Source of the DNA: Haliotis rubra
Lineage: Eukaryota
Direction: 5' to 3'
DNA length: 64,000 bases
Assembly (NCBI RefSeq): GCF_003918875.1
Contig: NW_025767357.1
Location: forward strand, 186,001-250,000
In this document: in pieces, positions 63,101 through 64,000 of the stretch
Layout: the number at the start of each line of letters is the position of its first letter
Numbering within the stretch: the first letter of the stretch is position 1
Notes under the pieces: model-generated
Seen by the model: the letters and a program-made list of their open reading frames with translations, nothing else
Told to the model about the DNA's origin: nothing
The model's database searches: none
Program-made: the position numbers and the translations under genes

Positions 63101-64000
63101 CAGGTCTTGGTGTGTAGTCGTAGTCCAGGATGTAGTCATCAGGGCCGTCCCAGAACAGGACACTGGTGACCGCTTGACCATCACCTGCTGCAGCTCGGAT
63201 AGTGAGCTGAAACACAGAAAACGTCATGTTTTCGTACACATTTTCTATTAATGGGGAGATTTTATAGATGTCGTCTTCATTTGGAGGACACATCGTCATA
63301 AAGAAGTTGCCGTCCATGAAGTGCTCAAAAAACACAACACAACTCATCATTAATCAACAAGATTTACTTGTATCATTTAACATCAATCATTTCAACAGAT
63401 GTCACTCGTTGGGATGTTGAAGGATTCATTTGGATGATTTTGCGCTTGTTCACTCCAAATACTAGTGCGTGATCCATGAACACGAGGCAAAATGGACACT
63501 GTGTTGAATGACTGCTGGACATGTAAAATGAATGATGCAGGACAAAAAGGGCCATGGATTTTGCAAACATTATTGTTAATTAATTTCCCTTCTGAAATTA
63601 TGCAGACATGTACAACGTCACGGAGTCTGATCACTTAATCTCTTTGATTCCCTCTAACGACCAGTATACATATAGGTTCTTGACGACCAAACCAATCATT
63701 ATAGCCATTTTTGACTCAGATCATAGACTGGAAAAGGTAACGTGAACTATGTGACAATTTGTATCACAATACCTTATACTCTCCGCCATTGAGAAGGTCA
63801 GCATCTCTGAAGTAGGTTCCAGAAGACATTGAGTCAGTCTTGGTATCTCTGGCCAGTTTGATGTCCACTTTGCGGGACTCGGTATGCACGTTGGCTGATC
63901 TGTAGGTCAAGGTCAAGCTGCGGTTGTTGCTGTCATGGTTACGGTCAGACTCCAGGTACATCCACTCCGAGTCATCAAATCTAATTTGTCTGATAGGACA
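44322..64000 (-). CDS. Very large uncharacterised type-I membrane protein (FN3-like repeats, GPS/ZU5-like module, cadherin-like repeats, 4 EGF-like, TM, tail); paralog B, 5' part lies outside the window; two disabling lesions (possible pseudogene)
   Basis: 23 GT-AG exons: >64000-63773, 63206-63051, 62583-62380 (1 nt short), 61785-61631, 60685-60365 (TAA at 60664-60662), 60012-59844, 59647-59445, 58944-58758, 57823-57653, 56357-55956, 55850-55551, 54169-54078, 53690-53525, 53002-52888, 51987-51783, 51399-51226, 50638-50425, 49013-48834, 48608-48423, 47421-47109, 45232-45142, 44777-44719, 44448-44322. Motifs: SSDGFNIDTSPP, YDWAIGKTPGGEE..YYVTVRCTNGGGL (FN3-like); TFTPAANFYG..VNDPP, YDFDIGD (cadherin-like); CACAPGWTGMHCE (EGF). 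Confidence 0.85.
44762..45027 (-). repeat. Degenerate 35-37-bp tandem repeat x ~7 spanning an acceptor junction
   Basis: Unit ~AATGACATTWAGTTYTAG|YGCCCCCGMCCTTAAGG. Confidence 0.75.
46221..46928. mobile_element. Non-autonomous foldback DNA transposon with ~213-bp TIRs and an 8-bp TSD, inserted in a SINE
   Basis: 46221-46434 is essentially the exact reverse complement of 46714-46928; termini CACAGGG; TSD TTCCCACA at 46213-46220 and 46929-46936. Confidence 0.92.
51088..51167. repeat. (GT)n(CT)n compound microsatellite
   Basis: Read directly from the sequence. Confidence 0.95.
53147..53550 (-). repeat. 45-46-bp tandem repeat x9 spanning an exon/intron donor junction
   Basis: Unit TCTCTTGTCATGCAGGAAGACCAGG|GTATGTGTCTC...; GT at 53524, 53478, 53433, 53388, 53342, 53296, 53250, 53204, 53158. 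Confidence 0.92.
54257..54518 (-). mobile_element. SINE-like family 2 (~260 bp, non-tRNA structured head), full-length representative
   Basis: 12-bp TSD TGATTGTCTAGT (54245-54256, 54519-54530); shares its 3' tail with family 1. Other copies (approx.): 6147-6320+, 8572-8765+, 15440-15640+, 20420-20620+, 24060-24160-, 24650-24739+, 25775-25970+, 27760-28003+, 39420-40030- (split), 40110-40352-, 47487-47747+, 49078-49190-, 49580-49695-, 61840-62200- (split). Confidence 0.9.
54760..54806 (-). ncRNA. Candidate minimal type-I hammerhead ribozyme (U3-A8 variant) of Penelope-like element type
   Basis: Minus strand reads GC-UUGAAAA-C-GGUAUA-agaauc-UAUACC-GAAAC-GUC-GC; stem I is weak. Related copies at 56752-56793(-), ~47980-48020(+), ~43470-43495(+). 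Confidence 0.45.
56857..57356 (-). mobile_element. Family-2 SINE nested inside another family-2 SINE
   Basis: Inner copy 57080-57322 is flanked by a 13-bp TSD GCTGAAGATCAAT (57067-57079, 57323-57335) that interrupts the head of the outer copy. Confidence 0.85.
59972..60209 (-). repeat. 79-bp tandem repeat x3 spanning an intron/exon acceptor junction
   Basis: Unit ..GTGTTGCTAG|GTACATACACCATGTATCCCCTGTCTGACTCCCTGTGACGT. Confidence 0.92.
61944..62111. mobile_element. Short MITE (CAKRGGCGGAT termini) inserted in a SINE
   Basis: CATAGGCGGATCCAG...CTGTATCCGCCCCTG; 5-bp direct repeat CATCC at 61939-61943 and 62112-62116. Confidence 0.75.

Overview
Intron-rich animal genomic DNA, probably mollusc (gastropod/abalone-like, inferred from the SINE content and not verified), with one assembly gap (24740-25564). 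Five spliced genes were rebuilt by hand from splice sites and exon phases. (1) The 3' end of a large single-pass receptor (cadherin-like/EGF/TM/tail) on + at 170-4611. (2) PXYLP1 on - (7002-13993), which has a GC-AG intron. (3) A nodulin-like/MCH1-type MFS transporter on - (22678-31592). (4) A C3orf33 homolog on + (about 37435-42598), missed by the ORF track and apparently frameshifted. (5) A convergent paralog of gene 1 on - (44322 to beyond 64000, 23 exons: FN3-like repeats, furin-type sites, a GPS/ZU5-like HxTxF motif, cadherin-like repeats, 4 EGF-like modules, TM), with one frameshift and one nonsense codon. The most notable points are: new EGF exons made by fusing halves of two neighbouring exons; repeated tandem amplification of exon-intron junctions whose decoy splice sites are mutated or lead to stops; and paralogs with conserved ectodomain exons but divergent TM and tail. 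Repeats include four SINE types (tRNA-derived, pseudoknot-headed, V-domain-like, 5S-containing), a decayed Tc1 element, a LINE fragment, hAT-, mariner- and P-like MITEs with clear TSDs, and Penelope-type minimal hammerhead-like motifs.
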